Below are positions 29,684 to 38,407 of a stretch of DNA of 64,000 nt, piece by piece (position 1 is the first letter of the stretch; each line of letters begins with the position of its first letter). The notes below the pieces were generated by a model. The model worked only from the letters and a program-made list of their open reading frames with translations. It was not told where the DNA came from and made no database searches. Source of the DNA: Candidatus Latescibacterota bacterium (GTDB lineage Bacteria; Latescibacterota; UBA2968); assembly GCA_965204375.1 (NCBI GenBank), contig OZ241986.1, positions 1,120,001 to 1,184,000 of the forward strand, in the 5' to 3' direction. A program made the translations under genes and the position numbers.

Positions 29684-30634
29684 TCAGGAGATATTGGCAA
29701 TCAGTTCTCTATACCTAAGTCTTTTCCCTTCAAAGCATTCTGCAACCAGAGTCATTTGGTCGATGGTATCTCGTGCTCTCATATTTTGCCGTGCCACAAA
29801 CTCAGCGATGTACCTCCACAGGTGTTTCTTGCTGATTTTGTGGTACACCCCCATAATGGCGCGTTTTATCATCGACCAAAAAGATTCAATCCCGTTTGTC
29901 CATGCGTCCCCACGTACGTATTCCCCGCGCGAATGAATGACCTTTTCGTGTTCATACCCCCCCAGTCCATTATAGACGTGTGACCCATCCGTGTACACAG
30001 TCGCCCCTTCTTCGACACGATCTGAGATAAATGCCTGTAAGGTTTCTTCGTCAGGTTCATCCATCACGACGGCCTGAACCTGTTTCGATTCTCTCATCTT
30101 CACACCAACAACCGGAATTTTGCCCGCCGTGCCTCTACCAGCACGTAGCTTGTCTTTCGCGTGTTTGTTGCCTTCCTTCCCCCCGATATACGTCTCATCG
30201 ACCTCTACTGTGCCCTCAAACAGTTCAGTCTGCTCTGGCGTCATTGCGTGTCTGATGCGATGCAGGAGAAACCACGCGGTTCTCTGCGTTACATCTATGT
30301 CACGGTGTAGTTTCATCGAAGAAACCCCCTTCAGGCTGGTATCCCAAAGGTACATAGCGATGATCCAAGCCTGATAACCGAGATTTGAGCACTCCATAAC
30401 TGTGCCCGTTTTGGCAGAGAAGAATCTGCGGCAATCTCTGCACCGGTGGGGCATCGTCTTATGTGTCGTCTTCTCCTGAATGTTGGTACTCCCACAGCGC
30501 GGGCAGGCCATACCGTCCGGCCAGCGTGTGTGAATAAACCACTTCTCGGCAGCCTCATCATCCGGGAACATCCGAAATAGCTGAATGAGAGACATACCTT
30601 TGCGGAAATGCATGCCTGGTGCATTGTTAGCCAT
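29684..30634 (-). CDS. IS1595-family (ISXO2-like) DDE transposase
   Basis: Zn ribbon CPRC...CRDC, VEVDETYIGG, VYTDG, TNGIESFWS, YHKISKKHL..Y..EF. Confidence 0.93.
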   Translation of the reverse strand: MANNAPGMHFRKGMSLIQLFRMFPDDEAAEKWFIHTRWPDGMACPRCGSTNIQEKTTHKTMPHRCRDCRRFFSAKTGTVMECSNLGYQAWIIAMYLWDTSLKGVSSMKLHRDIDVTQRTAWFLLHRIRHAMTPEQTELFEGTVEVDETYIGGKEGNKHAKDKLRAGRGTAGKIPVVGVKMRESKQVQAVVMDEPDEETLQAFISDRVEEGATVYTDGSHVYNGLGGYEHEKVIHSRGEYVRGDAWTNGIESFWSMIKRAIMGVYHKISKKHLWRYIAEFVARQNMRARDTIDQMTLVAECFEGKRLRYRELIANIS

Positions 30635-30734
30635 AGCACACCACCTTGCAATTTATGGTTGCATATCGACTCAACACACCTTATATTTGAATTAACCCGC
30701 TGATCACAATCATCCACTGGAAGGAAGAATGTTT

Positions 30735-30840
30735 AGGGGGTTATGAGTTACTGGGGCTTATGCGACAACATAAGCCCCCTTTTTTTATAACCCATCAAAA
30801 ATAAGGGAGTTATGGCAATAAGATAACACCATAACTCCCT
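30735..30840. repeat. Cluster of related palindromes with GGG(G/A)(G/C)TTATG half-sites
   Basis: ggggcttatg-N6-cataagcccc (30753-30778) and agggagttatgg-N13-ccataactccct (30804-30840), plus gggttat...ataaccc. Confidence 0.85.
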
Positions 30841-30921
30841 GAAATCAACCGTTTTTTACTGCTCACATGGTCACTATCCTACATAATCCCCGAATCAATA
30901 TCCGATGCAAGTAGATATACG

Positions 30922-31092
30922 TTATCGCCAATCAGTGGTCGTACTGGTGGCACAGGTTTTACAAACTATTCAAATAAACCTGCGATTCAATACCTTGAGC
31001 CACCTGACCAAGACAAAAAAATTAGTGTTCCACCGGACGTTATAGACGCATACAACCGCACGAAAGCTATGTTGGATGCACAAATCCAATGA
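30922..31092 (+). pseudogene. Headless C-terminal gene fragment
   Basis: Open frame LSPISGRTGGTGFTNY...AMLDAQIQ* with no start codon found, beginning at the candidate IS end. Confidence 0.35.
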
Positions 31093-31223
31093 TATTATCT
31101 GCCAAATTGAAAAAGAGAATTTTTTTGAATATTGGGCTGTATTACGACTACTTCAAGGACATTTTCAGACCGAGATGATATTACAGCTATTGCGGAAGCC
31201 AGTGGTGCCATCAGGAGAGTAAG

Positions 31224-33014
31224 ATGTTATTCACAATCTTCATACTTCAAGTGTCTCTTATAGGCACACCGATACTGGCGGACGAAAAACCGCCTCACGG
31301 TATTGAAAGTGTGTTATATGATATTTATCAGGACTGGAACACTGACAACCGTCCGAGGGCAAAACGCACGGTTGCACAATACCATGCACAGATGGTTGGG
31401 GCCGACCGTGTTGTTGTGATTTTGGAACCGATATCCGAATCTGATGATTCTTATGGACTCGCAGCTAAAATTGATCGGCAGGGTCTTCAAGAAGTTCAAG
31501 CCGAGATTTTGGCGGTGTCCCAAAGTCTTATGAGAGTGTCTATACCTGTGGTAAACCTTGTGGCGTTGTCAAAAGTTTCAGGCGTTCGGTTTGTCAGGAC
31601 GCCGATGCGTCCTATTACCCATGCTGTAGCGAGCGAAGGCGTACAGACGATGAAAGCCGATGTGTGGCACAACCAAAATATCAAAGGGCAAGGCGTGAGT
31701 GTTGCAATATTAGATTCAGGGTTTCAAAGATTGTTGGCTACACAACAAAGCGGGGATTTACCTTCGAATCTTCAAATCGAATACCCTGGAGGGTATCACA
31801 CATCTTCACATGAGCATGGGACGGGATGTGCCGAAATAGTCTATGACGTTGCACCAGAAGCAAGATTACATCTATACTTATATAATGATGGTTTGGATTT
31901 TGAAAATTCGGTAGATCGGGCAATCCAAAACGAGATAGATATTATCTCTTATTCTGGTGGTTTTATATCTTCATGGGGTGATGGCAAGGGGCCTATTTGT
32001 GATATAGCTAATAGAGCGTATAACAATGGGATATTATTTGTCAATTCTACGGGAAATGAAGCTCAGAGTACGATTCATGGGTATTTTACGGACTCTGATG
32101 GGGATGGTTTTCATGACTTCGGAGATTTTAGTGTTGTCAATTTAGAAAATGTAAATTCCGACGACGATATATCTGTATATCTCTTGTGGGATGATTTTCC
32201 TTTCACATCAGAAGATTACGACCTTCTTTTGTATCGCTCTACTGGACTATCAACAACGGCAAGTTATGTTACGTCTGATAGGACTGCTGAACGAAATAGT
32301 CGCCCCGTAGCGTCTATTGAGTATTCAAATTATCTTTCATCGGCAAGGTATCATGTAGCCATCAAAAAATCTACTACTGCAAGGTCTATGAATTTTAGAT
32401 TGATTAGCAACAATCACAGGTTTCACTCAAAGTATGTTACGTCAAGCAGGAGCATTTCTGAACCGTCAGATGCCGAGGGTGTAGTCGCGGTAGGGGCTGT
32501 CAGGTCGAGTCGATATATCTATGGGCCTCAAGAAGATTACAGTTCTCAAGGACCTACAATGGATGGCAGAATAAAGCCTGATATTATGGGTCCGACAGGC
32601 GTAAAAACGTATGCTTACGGCTCACAAGATTTTCATGGCACATCCGCTGCTGCCCCGCATGTTGCTGGCGCAGCAGCATTGATACTCTCGGCTAATCCTG
32701 AATTAAGTGCTTCAGAACTTCGCAACAAATTATTTGAGGCTACGATTGACATGGGAAGTCCGGGGAAGGATAATATTTATGGTCATGGCCGATTGGATTT
32801 GTCACAGATAGATATAACGCCTTCTATCTTTCATGCAGGAGATTTTGACGGTGATTTGGATGTAGATATTTTAGATTTGTTGGCTTTTTCAGAGGTCTAT
32901 GGGCTTACGTCGTCAGACCCGAATTACGATGCCCGTATGGATATGGATAACGATGGTGTCATTGGTGTGTTAGACCTTCTGCTGTTTGCGGAAGTTTATG
33001 GGAAAACGTACTAA
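31224..33014 (+). CDS. Secreted S8 (subtilase) serine peptidase with dockerin-like double EF-hand C-terminus
   Basis: AILDSG, HGTGCAE, GTSAAAPHVAG catalytic triad; GDFDGDLDVDILD and DMDNDGVIGVLD. Confidence 0.92.
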   Translation: MLFTIFILQVSLIGTPILADEKPPHGIESVLYDIYQDWNTDNRPRAKRTVAQYHAQMVGADRVVVILEPISESDDSYGLAAKIDRQGLQEVQAEILAVSQSLMRVSIPVVNLVALSKVSGVRFVRTPMRPITHAVASEGVQTMKADVWHNQNIKGQGVSVAILDSGFQRLLATQQSGDLPSNLQIEYPGGYHTSSHEHGTGCAEIVYDVAPEARLHLYLYNDGLDFENSVDRAIQNEIDIISYSGGFISSWGDGKGPICDIANRAYNNGILFVNSTGNEAQSTIHGYFTDSDGDGFHDFGDFSVVNLENVNSDDDISVYLLWDDFPFTSEDYDLLLYRSTGLSTTASYVTSDRTAERNSRPVASIEYSNYLSSARYHVAIKKSTTARSMNFRLISNNHRFHSKYVTSSRSISEPSDAEGVVAVGAVRSSRYIYGPQEDYSSQGPTMDGRIKPDIMGPTGVKTYAYGSQDFHGTSAAAPHVAGAAALILSANPELSASELRNKLFEATIDMGSPGKDNIYGHGRLDLSQIDITPSIFHAGDFDGDLDVDILDLLAFSEVYGLTSSDPNYDARMDMDNDGVIGVLDLLLFAEVYGKTY

Positions 33015-33037
33015 GGATCGCCCGATGTTCACCAATC

Positions 33038-33076
33038 ACAACCCCCTGTCTGATCATTTTGGACAGGGGGTTGTGT
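33038..33076. terminator. Hairpin between convergent genes
   Basis: cacaaccccctgtc...gacagggggttgtg. Confidence 0.7.
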
Positions 33077-33159
33077 TTGCCTGTCTGCTGACAGGCAGCA
33101 GGCGGGCGTGATGGCGCGATCACAGATCGTCCGTTTCAATTTATCTTATTAGCTCGCCT

Positions 33160-33978
33160 CTATTTTTTGCCATTTTCCTCTTTCAATACAGCACGAATGG
33201 CTTTCATGTCAATATCTGGATACGCCTCTTGAATGGCGGCAAAAATTTCTCTATGTCCCTCTTCTCTGCCTTCCACTCTGCCTTCTTCTCTGGCTTGTTT
33301 CATGATGTATTGTGCAAAAGATGATTCGCGCATTATAGCATCCATGAGACCCTCCTGAGTGATTATTCTATTGATGATGTCTGATTCATACCTCAACCCA
33401 CTCAATATCGTCAACCCACCCAAAATGTCAACTTTTATTGATTCTTCCAATGGCAAGGCTTTGGTCGCATCAATACACTCCTGTAACCACGCCTCTGAAT
33501 CTATCCCTTCAGGTTTCTTCATCAAAGGGGCAAACGGAAACAAGCCTGTATGTCTCTCATCGAGAATGTGCTGGCCTTCGATCTCGATGAGCCGAATCAC
33601 GCTGTATTGGGCGACAAGACGATGACCGGGCAGGTTTTGGATATAGTGTCCCGGATCGTTCTTCCCCGCATTGGGACGCAAGTAGATCACGCTGGAATAG
33701 ATCGGCAAGTGATGCGTCTCAATGGCTCTGATGATATAGCCAGCCATTCGGATGGGCATTGTCGGATCGGTGGTGGTTTGAAATTCGTGATGTACCAATG
33801 CCTCTTCGCCTGCAATCTGAACTTTGATGAGGCTGTCCAGGTGGTGTGTTTGTGTTGTTGGTTGTTCTGTGTCGAGGGTGTCGAGAAATTGGACGTCGTC
33901 TCGTTGCAGAGAAAGTTGAATGAAGTCTTGAGGGTAGGTTTGGATGAAGTGTTTTGAGATGGTGTCGTATTGGGGCAT
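33160..33978 (-). CDS. Rpn-family recombination-promoting nuclease / putative transposase (PD-(D/E)xK)
   Basis: YDTISK, LDSLI, HHEFQT, MPIRMAGY, C-terminal REEGRVEGREEG repeats. Confidence 0.8.
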   Translation of the reverse strand: MPQYDTISKHFIQTYPQDFIQLSLQRDDVQFLDTLDTEQPTTQTHHLDSLIKVQIAGEEALVHHEFQTTTDPTMPIRMAGYIIRAIETHHLPIYSSVIYLRPNAGKNDPGHYIQNLPGHRLVAQYSVIRLIEIEGQHILDERHTGLFPFAPLMKKPEGIDSEAWLQECIDATKALPLEESIKVDILGGLTILSGLRYESDIINRIITQEGLMDAIMRESSFAQYIMKQAREEGRVEGREEGHREIFAAIQEAYPDIDMKAIRAVLKEENGKK

Positions 33979-34030
33979 GTGCTTGCCTTTGGTCTGTGTG
34001 TTTCTTTGATGATATAACACTCAGATCTTA

Positions 34031-34046
34031 TGCAAACCTTATGCCA
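34031..34046 (-). promoter_or_regulatory. sigma54 (-24/-12) promoter upstream of the Rpn gene
   Basis: TGGCAT-AAGGT-TTGCA matches TGGCAC-N5-TTGCW with one mismatch. Confidence 0.6.
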
Positions 34047-34400
34047 ATGGCCTGGAATTGGGCGATGAATGGCAGGATAAGACGCGCTAATCTCCTTATT
34101 TTTTTCCCAGTTATTAATCACTCAAATTTAAGAATTATCTGTTGAATCGGATCAGCCTCAGTGCAAATGTGAGGCAAAAAAGTGTACATTTTGAGCAATG
34201 AGTGAGTAGAGAAGTGAAAGATATGTGTTCGAATGTAGAACGAAAAATGCCAGCCTTTATTGATTCATATTGTGCCGATATAGCGCAATGGCCTGTTATT
34301 TTTTTTTATGACAATCGGGGTTATTTTTATTTGTTTATCATTATATACTCCACTGTTTGGACCAGGCCTCTTGTATCTCATATCTGCATTTTGACTCGCT

Positions 34401-37400
34401 ATGCCAGAATTTGATCCCATCACATTAAACGCACGCCAGCGCGAAGCCGTTACCGCGCCGATAGGTCCCGTCCTCGTACTGGCGGGACCGGGTACGGGGA
34501 AGACGCGGGTGCTGACCGAACGCATTGCGTATCTGGTATCGCGGCGCGGCATTCTTCCGGAAAATATCCTCGCACTTACATTTACAAATAAGGCGGCGGC
34601 AGAATTGCAAATCCGCTTGTCGCGCACGTTGAGTAAAGAATCGGCGGAGGCTGTTACCGCAGGTACATTTCACAGGTTTTGTATCTCAATTTTGCGCGAG
34701 CATCGAGAAACGGTTGGGTTGCCGCCGCATTTTGGCATTGCCGATGAAGACCTTCAGCGCACGTTGATCTATCGCGCATTTCCACGCCTGAATCCCAATG
34801 AAAGCAATTTGAATAATGTGATGCAAAATGTGAATCGCCTGAAGTGGCAACGGCGATACAAACCGCATGTCCCGATGAAAAAAGGGGATGCGGCATTGCT
34901 CGATCAGTACGAAGCCGAACTAAAGAAAAACCGATTGATCGATTTTGACGATCTCATCTTTCTCGCGCATGATTTGCTTCATTCGCATCGCCAGATTCTG
35001 GCGGATTATCGCGCGCAATTTCAACATATTCTCGTCGATGAGTTTCAAGATACCGATCCGGTTCAATACGCCCTCGTTTATTTATTGGGCGCGGCTCATC
35101 GGAGTGTTTTTGTGGTTGCAGATGACGAGCAGTCCATTTACGGATGGCGACATGCCAGGCCAGAACATATCGAACAATTTCGGGATGACTTTCTCAAAGG
35201 TCGTTCGCCCATTTTTTTGGAGGAAAATTACCGATCATCTGCAGAAATTTTGCGGCTGGCGCGCGTGTTTATCGCCAATAATGACGTATTGTTTGAACGC
35301 AGCATCCATACCCAGAGATCGGGACGCCGCGTGCGGGGGATGGCTTTTGATACGTTTGAGGAAGAAGGCCGGTTTATTGCGGGTGATATCTGGGATCGCA
35401 TCCGGGAAACGCCCGATTTGGTTCACCGGGATATTGCGGTGCTTTATCCCCAACACGCAATAGGCAGCGAGCTCGAGCGCATTTTTATGCGCGCCAATGT
35501 TCCCTGCCTGATGGCTCATCGCAGGGGCTTGTTCGACCAGCCCGTGATCCGTCGTGCCCTGTCCGTGTTGCGCTATGCCCTTGATGGCGCGAATGACGCG
35601 AGTCTCGAGTTGTTTTTGCGGCGCGAACTCGAAGCGGTGGATCCCAAATTATACCCGGCGGTGCGGGGATTTCAGAAACAAAAAAATATTGGGAGTTTCA
35701 AACAGGCGGCTTTTCTGTATCCGCGAACGGTTTCGGAAGAAGAGGGCGTGGATGTGGAACGCGCACTGGGTCTGGCAGGTGTGGTACACAATGCCGTGCA
35801 AAGAGGCGCGGTCGCATCTTTGCCCCATCTGGTGGATGATATTCTGGATCAATTGAATACATCGGAGTTGCCATCTCTCAAAAACCATCTCGATGACATT
35901 GTAGATCCTCTCGAACTTTCGGATCTCGATACCGCTCTGAATCGCGTGCTGCCGCTCTGGCGCAGGGGCGGCACCTTGTATGTGGCGTGTCGAGACGAGG
36001 TGCTGCGGCACATGCTCACAACTCTGGTCCGAGATGCACTGGCGCGGCCGGGTCTCATCATACGAGAGGCTGTGTCCGGTAGCCGATTGGATGTTTTATC
36101 CGATACTCTAATTTTGTCATTTGACGAAGACCCGCCGAAGACCCCCGAACACTTTTTACATTTGGGAGGCATGGCGTGTGGTGCGATGCTCGCTGCGCTC
36201 AAATTGTGTCAGGCAATCCGCTGTGCTGATTTGCCGGCGTATATGCCGGAATACACTGCATTTGCGCTGGAAACCACGGGTTGCGATTCCGAGCATGCAC
36301 AAATTACGGGTCTGGGTGCTGTACGCGTGCGAGACGGGCGCGTTGTCGATACATTTTATTCGCCCGTGCGCCTGCGAGAGGACAAAGGCACGGCGCCTAC
36401 ATTTCAGGAAATTTATCTCGCGTTTCAGGCATTTGTCGGTATTGATATTCTGGTCGCACACAATGGCTATGCTTTTGATTTTCAGGTTTTGCACCGCGAA
36501 GCCCGCCGCAATGGCAGATCTCGCATGCCCAATCCGACGGTTGATATATTGCCTATGGCGCGAAGCTATGGCGCGACTGCTACACGCGATTTGCGCCCTC
36601 TTTGCGAGCGGTATGATATTGCGTCAGATCCAAACGATCCACCGGCACTCGCGAGGGCATTGGCTTTGTATCGCGTGTTTGAAGCTATGAAGAAAGAACG
36701 CGCTTCTCGCTACCGGCGCATAACGCATGAACGCCTTTTGGATCAAGTTGCTCTGGGTTTGCTTTTTCGCACGCGCGATGGCGTAAGGGATACGGATTTT
36801 TCCCGCGAAGAACACGTGCATTTCAACCTGGGGGCGCAGCGTCTTTTGGGGCCGGCCAATTTGTGCATTCGCAATCTCGTGCAGCAATTCCCCCGATTGG
36901 ATGCCGACCGGCTGCGGGGACAGACACGGATGTTGCTCGGCGAAGATCCCCGTCCCGATGTGCTCGCGTTGCACGCTCCCGATCAGATTCAACGCTTTCG
37001 AGACCTTTGCGAACGCCACGGTGCTGCCGCGCCATCTCTTCAGGAGGGTATTCGCAATTTGCTCGATTTTGCCGATCTTTACAAAGTCGAATTGGATACC
37101 CCAGACCGCGATGCTGTGCATTTGCTGACGTTGCACGCGGCAAAGGGGCTTGAGTTTCGAGAGGTTTATATTTGCGGTCTCGAAGATCGCATTTTGCCCA
37201 ATGTCCGCGCCCTCAACAGCGCGGATTTAGCCGAACAGCGCAGGTTGTTGTACGTGGGGATCACCCGCGCAATGGATCGCCTCACGCTTTCCTGTGTGCG
37301 GCATCGTCCGGGCCGAAATATGGTGCCTTCTCGATTCTGGGATGAACTCGGATTAGAACGCGAAGGGGCGGAACGGGGTACAACTGCGCCAGCAGTTCAT

Positions 37401-37418
37401 CAACGAATAGACGAATAG
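34401..37418 (+). CDS. UvrD/PcrA-family SF1 helicase with inserted degenerate DEDDh exonuclease domain
   Basis: AGPGTGKT, DEFQD, QSIY, ENYRS, TLHAAKGLEF, RRLLYVGITRA; insert ALETTG...AHNGYAFD. Confidence 0.88.
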   Translation: MPEFDPITLNARQREAVTAPIGPVLVLAGPGTGKTRVLTERIAYLVSRRGILPENILALTFTNKAAAELQIRLSRTLSKESAEAVTAGTFHRFCISILREHRETVGLPPHFGIADEDLQRTLIYRAFPRLNPNESNLNNVMQNVNRLKWQRRYKPHVPMKKGDAALLDQYEAELKKNRLIDFDDLIFLAHDLLHSHRQILADYRAQFQHILVDEFQDTDPVQYALVYLLGAAHRSVFVVADDEQSIYGWRHARPEHIEQFRDDFLKGRSPIFLEENYRSSAEILRLARVFIANNDVLFERSIHTQRSGRRVRGMAFDTFEEEGRFIAGDIWDRIRETPDLVHRDIAVLYPQHAIGSELERIFMRANVPCLMAHRRGLFDQPVIRRALSVLRYALDGANDASLELFLRRELEAVDPKLYPAVRGFQKQKNIGSFKQAAFLYPRTVSEEEGVDVERALGLAGVVHNAVQRGAVASLPHLVDDILDQLNTSELPSLKNHLDDIVDPLELSDLDTALNRVLPLWRRGGTLYVACRDEVLRHMLTTLVRDALARPGLIIREAVSGSRLDVLSDTLILSFDEDPPKTPEHFLHLGGMACGAMLAALKLCQAIRCADLPAYMPEYTAFALETTGCDSEHAQITGLGAVRVRDGRVVDTFYSPVRLREDKGTAPTFQEIYLAFQAFVGIDILVAHNGYAFDFQVLHREARRNGRSRMPNPTVDILPMARSYGATATRDLRPLCERYDIASDPNDPPALARALALYRVFEAMKKERASRYRRITHERLLDQVALGLLFRTRDGVRDTDFSREEHVHFNLGAQRLLGPANLCIRNLVQQFPRLDADRLRGQTRMLLGEDPRPDVLALHAPDQIQRFRDLCERHGAAAPSLQEGIRNLLDFADLYKVELDTPDRDAVHLLTLHAAKGLEFREVYICGLEDRILPNVRALNSADLAEQRRLLYVGITRAMDRLTLSCVRHRPGRNMVPSRFWDELGLEREGAERGTTAPAVHQRIDE
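37369..37408 (+). repeat. 40-bp dispersed repeat, copy 2, inside the UvrD C-terminus
   Basis: cggaacggggtacaactgcgccagcagttcatcaacgaat, identical to the reverse complement of 18284-18323. Confidence 0.9.
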
Positions 37419-37420
37419 AT

Positions 37421-37457
37421 GGAGCGGGGATAGTCGCTGCGGGGATGCCGCTCCTAC
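37421..37457 (-). repeat. GTAG-type REP palindrome
   Basis: Minus strand GTAGGAGCGG...CCGCTCC. Confidence 0.65.
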
Positions 37458-37497
37458 AGTTGTGTTGTAAGAGGGAAATCCTTTTCCCGATTGGCTT

Positions 37498-38268
37498 ATG
37501 AAAAAAGACAAAGTTTATTTTATTTCTGACGCGCATATAGGTGGGGGCAAATATATCCGTCCACCGCGCGTTCGGGAAGATGCGCTGATCGATTTTCTAC
37601 GCGCCATTCGCAAAGATGCCAAATGTCTGTATATTGTGGGGGATTTGTTCGATTTTTGGTTTGAATATCGTTCTGTCGTTCCCGCACATGGCGCGCGCGT
37701 GATCTTTGAACTCTACCATCTCGTTCAAAGTGGAACGCGCGTCGTTTATCTGCCGGGTAACCACGATAGCTGGCTGGGGGACTATTTATCAGAGCAGGTG
37801 GGGGCGGAGCTTCCCGGGCCTTTTTGCGACGTCGTACATCAGAACCGCCGTCTGTATGTGACACACGGCGATATTTTTCAGCAAAATTGGAAATTTGAAC
37901 TGCGGCGGCGCATTTTGAATCATCCACTCTGCATCGCCCTGTTTCGGTGGTTACATCCAGATATCGGCGCTTATCTGGCGCGTATTGTGTCGCGGTCTTC
38001 GGATGCTGGTATGAAAAAAGGGACGCGAAAGACAAAGAGAACATATCTGCCTTTGTATTTTATTAAAAGTGCGGCAGAGAAATTTGCCGAGGGATTTGAT
38101 TTTGTGATTTGTGGACACTATCACGCGCTGAGTGTTGAGCCGATGAATGGCGGGACACTTGTTGTATTGGGCGATTGGATGAGATACGACGCTTATGCCG
38201 TGCTCGAAAATGGCGAGATTGCATTGAAGCACTGGCATACAGCACCGGAAAAACCGATCGCGGATTAA
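37498..38268 (+). CDS. lpxH: UDP-2,3-diacylglucosamine diphosphatase (LpxH-like metallophosphoesterase)
   Basis: FISDAHIG, GDLFDFW, GNHD, THGD, CGHYH, LGDW. Confidence 0.8.
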   Translation: MKKDKVYFISDAHIGGGKYIRPPRVREDALIDFLRAIRKDAKCLYIVGDLFDFWFEYRSVVPAHGARVIFELYHLVQSGTRVVYLPGNHDSWLGDYLSEQVGAELPGPFCDVVHQNRRLYVTHGDIFQQNWKFELRRRILNHPLCIALFRWLHPDIGAYLARIVSRSSDAGMKKGTRKTKRTYLPLYFIKSAAEKFAEGFDFVICGHYHALSVEPMNGGTLVVLGDWMRYDAYAVLENGEIALKHWHTAPEKPIAD

Positions 38269-38340
38269 ACGGATTTAAGGATTGCACGGATGAAAGGCGG
38301 ATCAGGATTTGCAGGATGAAAGGATGAGCAGGATGAAAGG
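38261..38340 (+). repeat. GGAT-core 8-9-bp periodic repeat starting at the lpxH stop
   Basis: cggattaaacggatttaaggattgcacggat...caggatttgcaggatgaaaggatgagcaggatg; same family as 14890-15009. Confidence 0.8.
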
Positions 38341-38407
38341 CAAGAGGCGAGGGACTGGGGGCTGGTTGGGTGGACTGGTCGCTGACCGCTGATACAGGAG
38401 ATTGCAA

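Larger units (their letters stand above)
29684..30922 (-). mobile_element. IS1595-family element (one end near 30922; the other end unresolved, possibly near 27135)
   Basis: Transposase plus candidate terminal sequence cgtatatctacttgcatc (minus strand, 30904-30921) abutting a headless ORF. Confidence 0.5.

Noticed and set aside
29612-29983. 123-aa plus-strand ORF
   Set aside because: Mostly antisense to the IS1595 transposase
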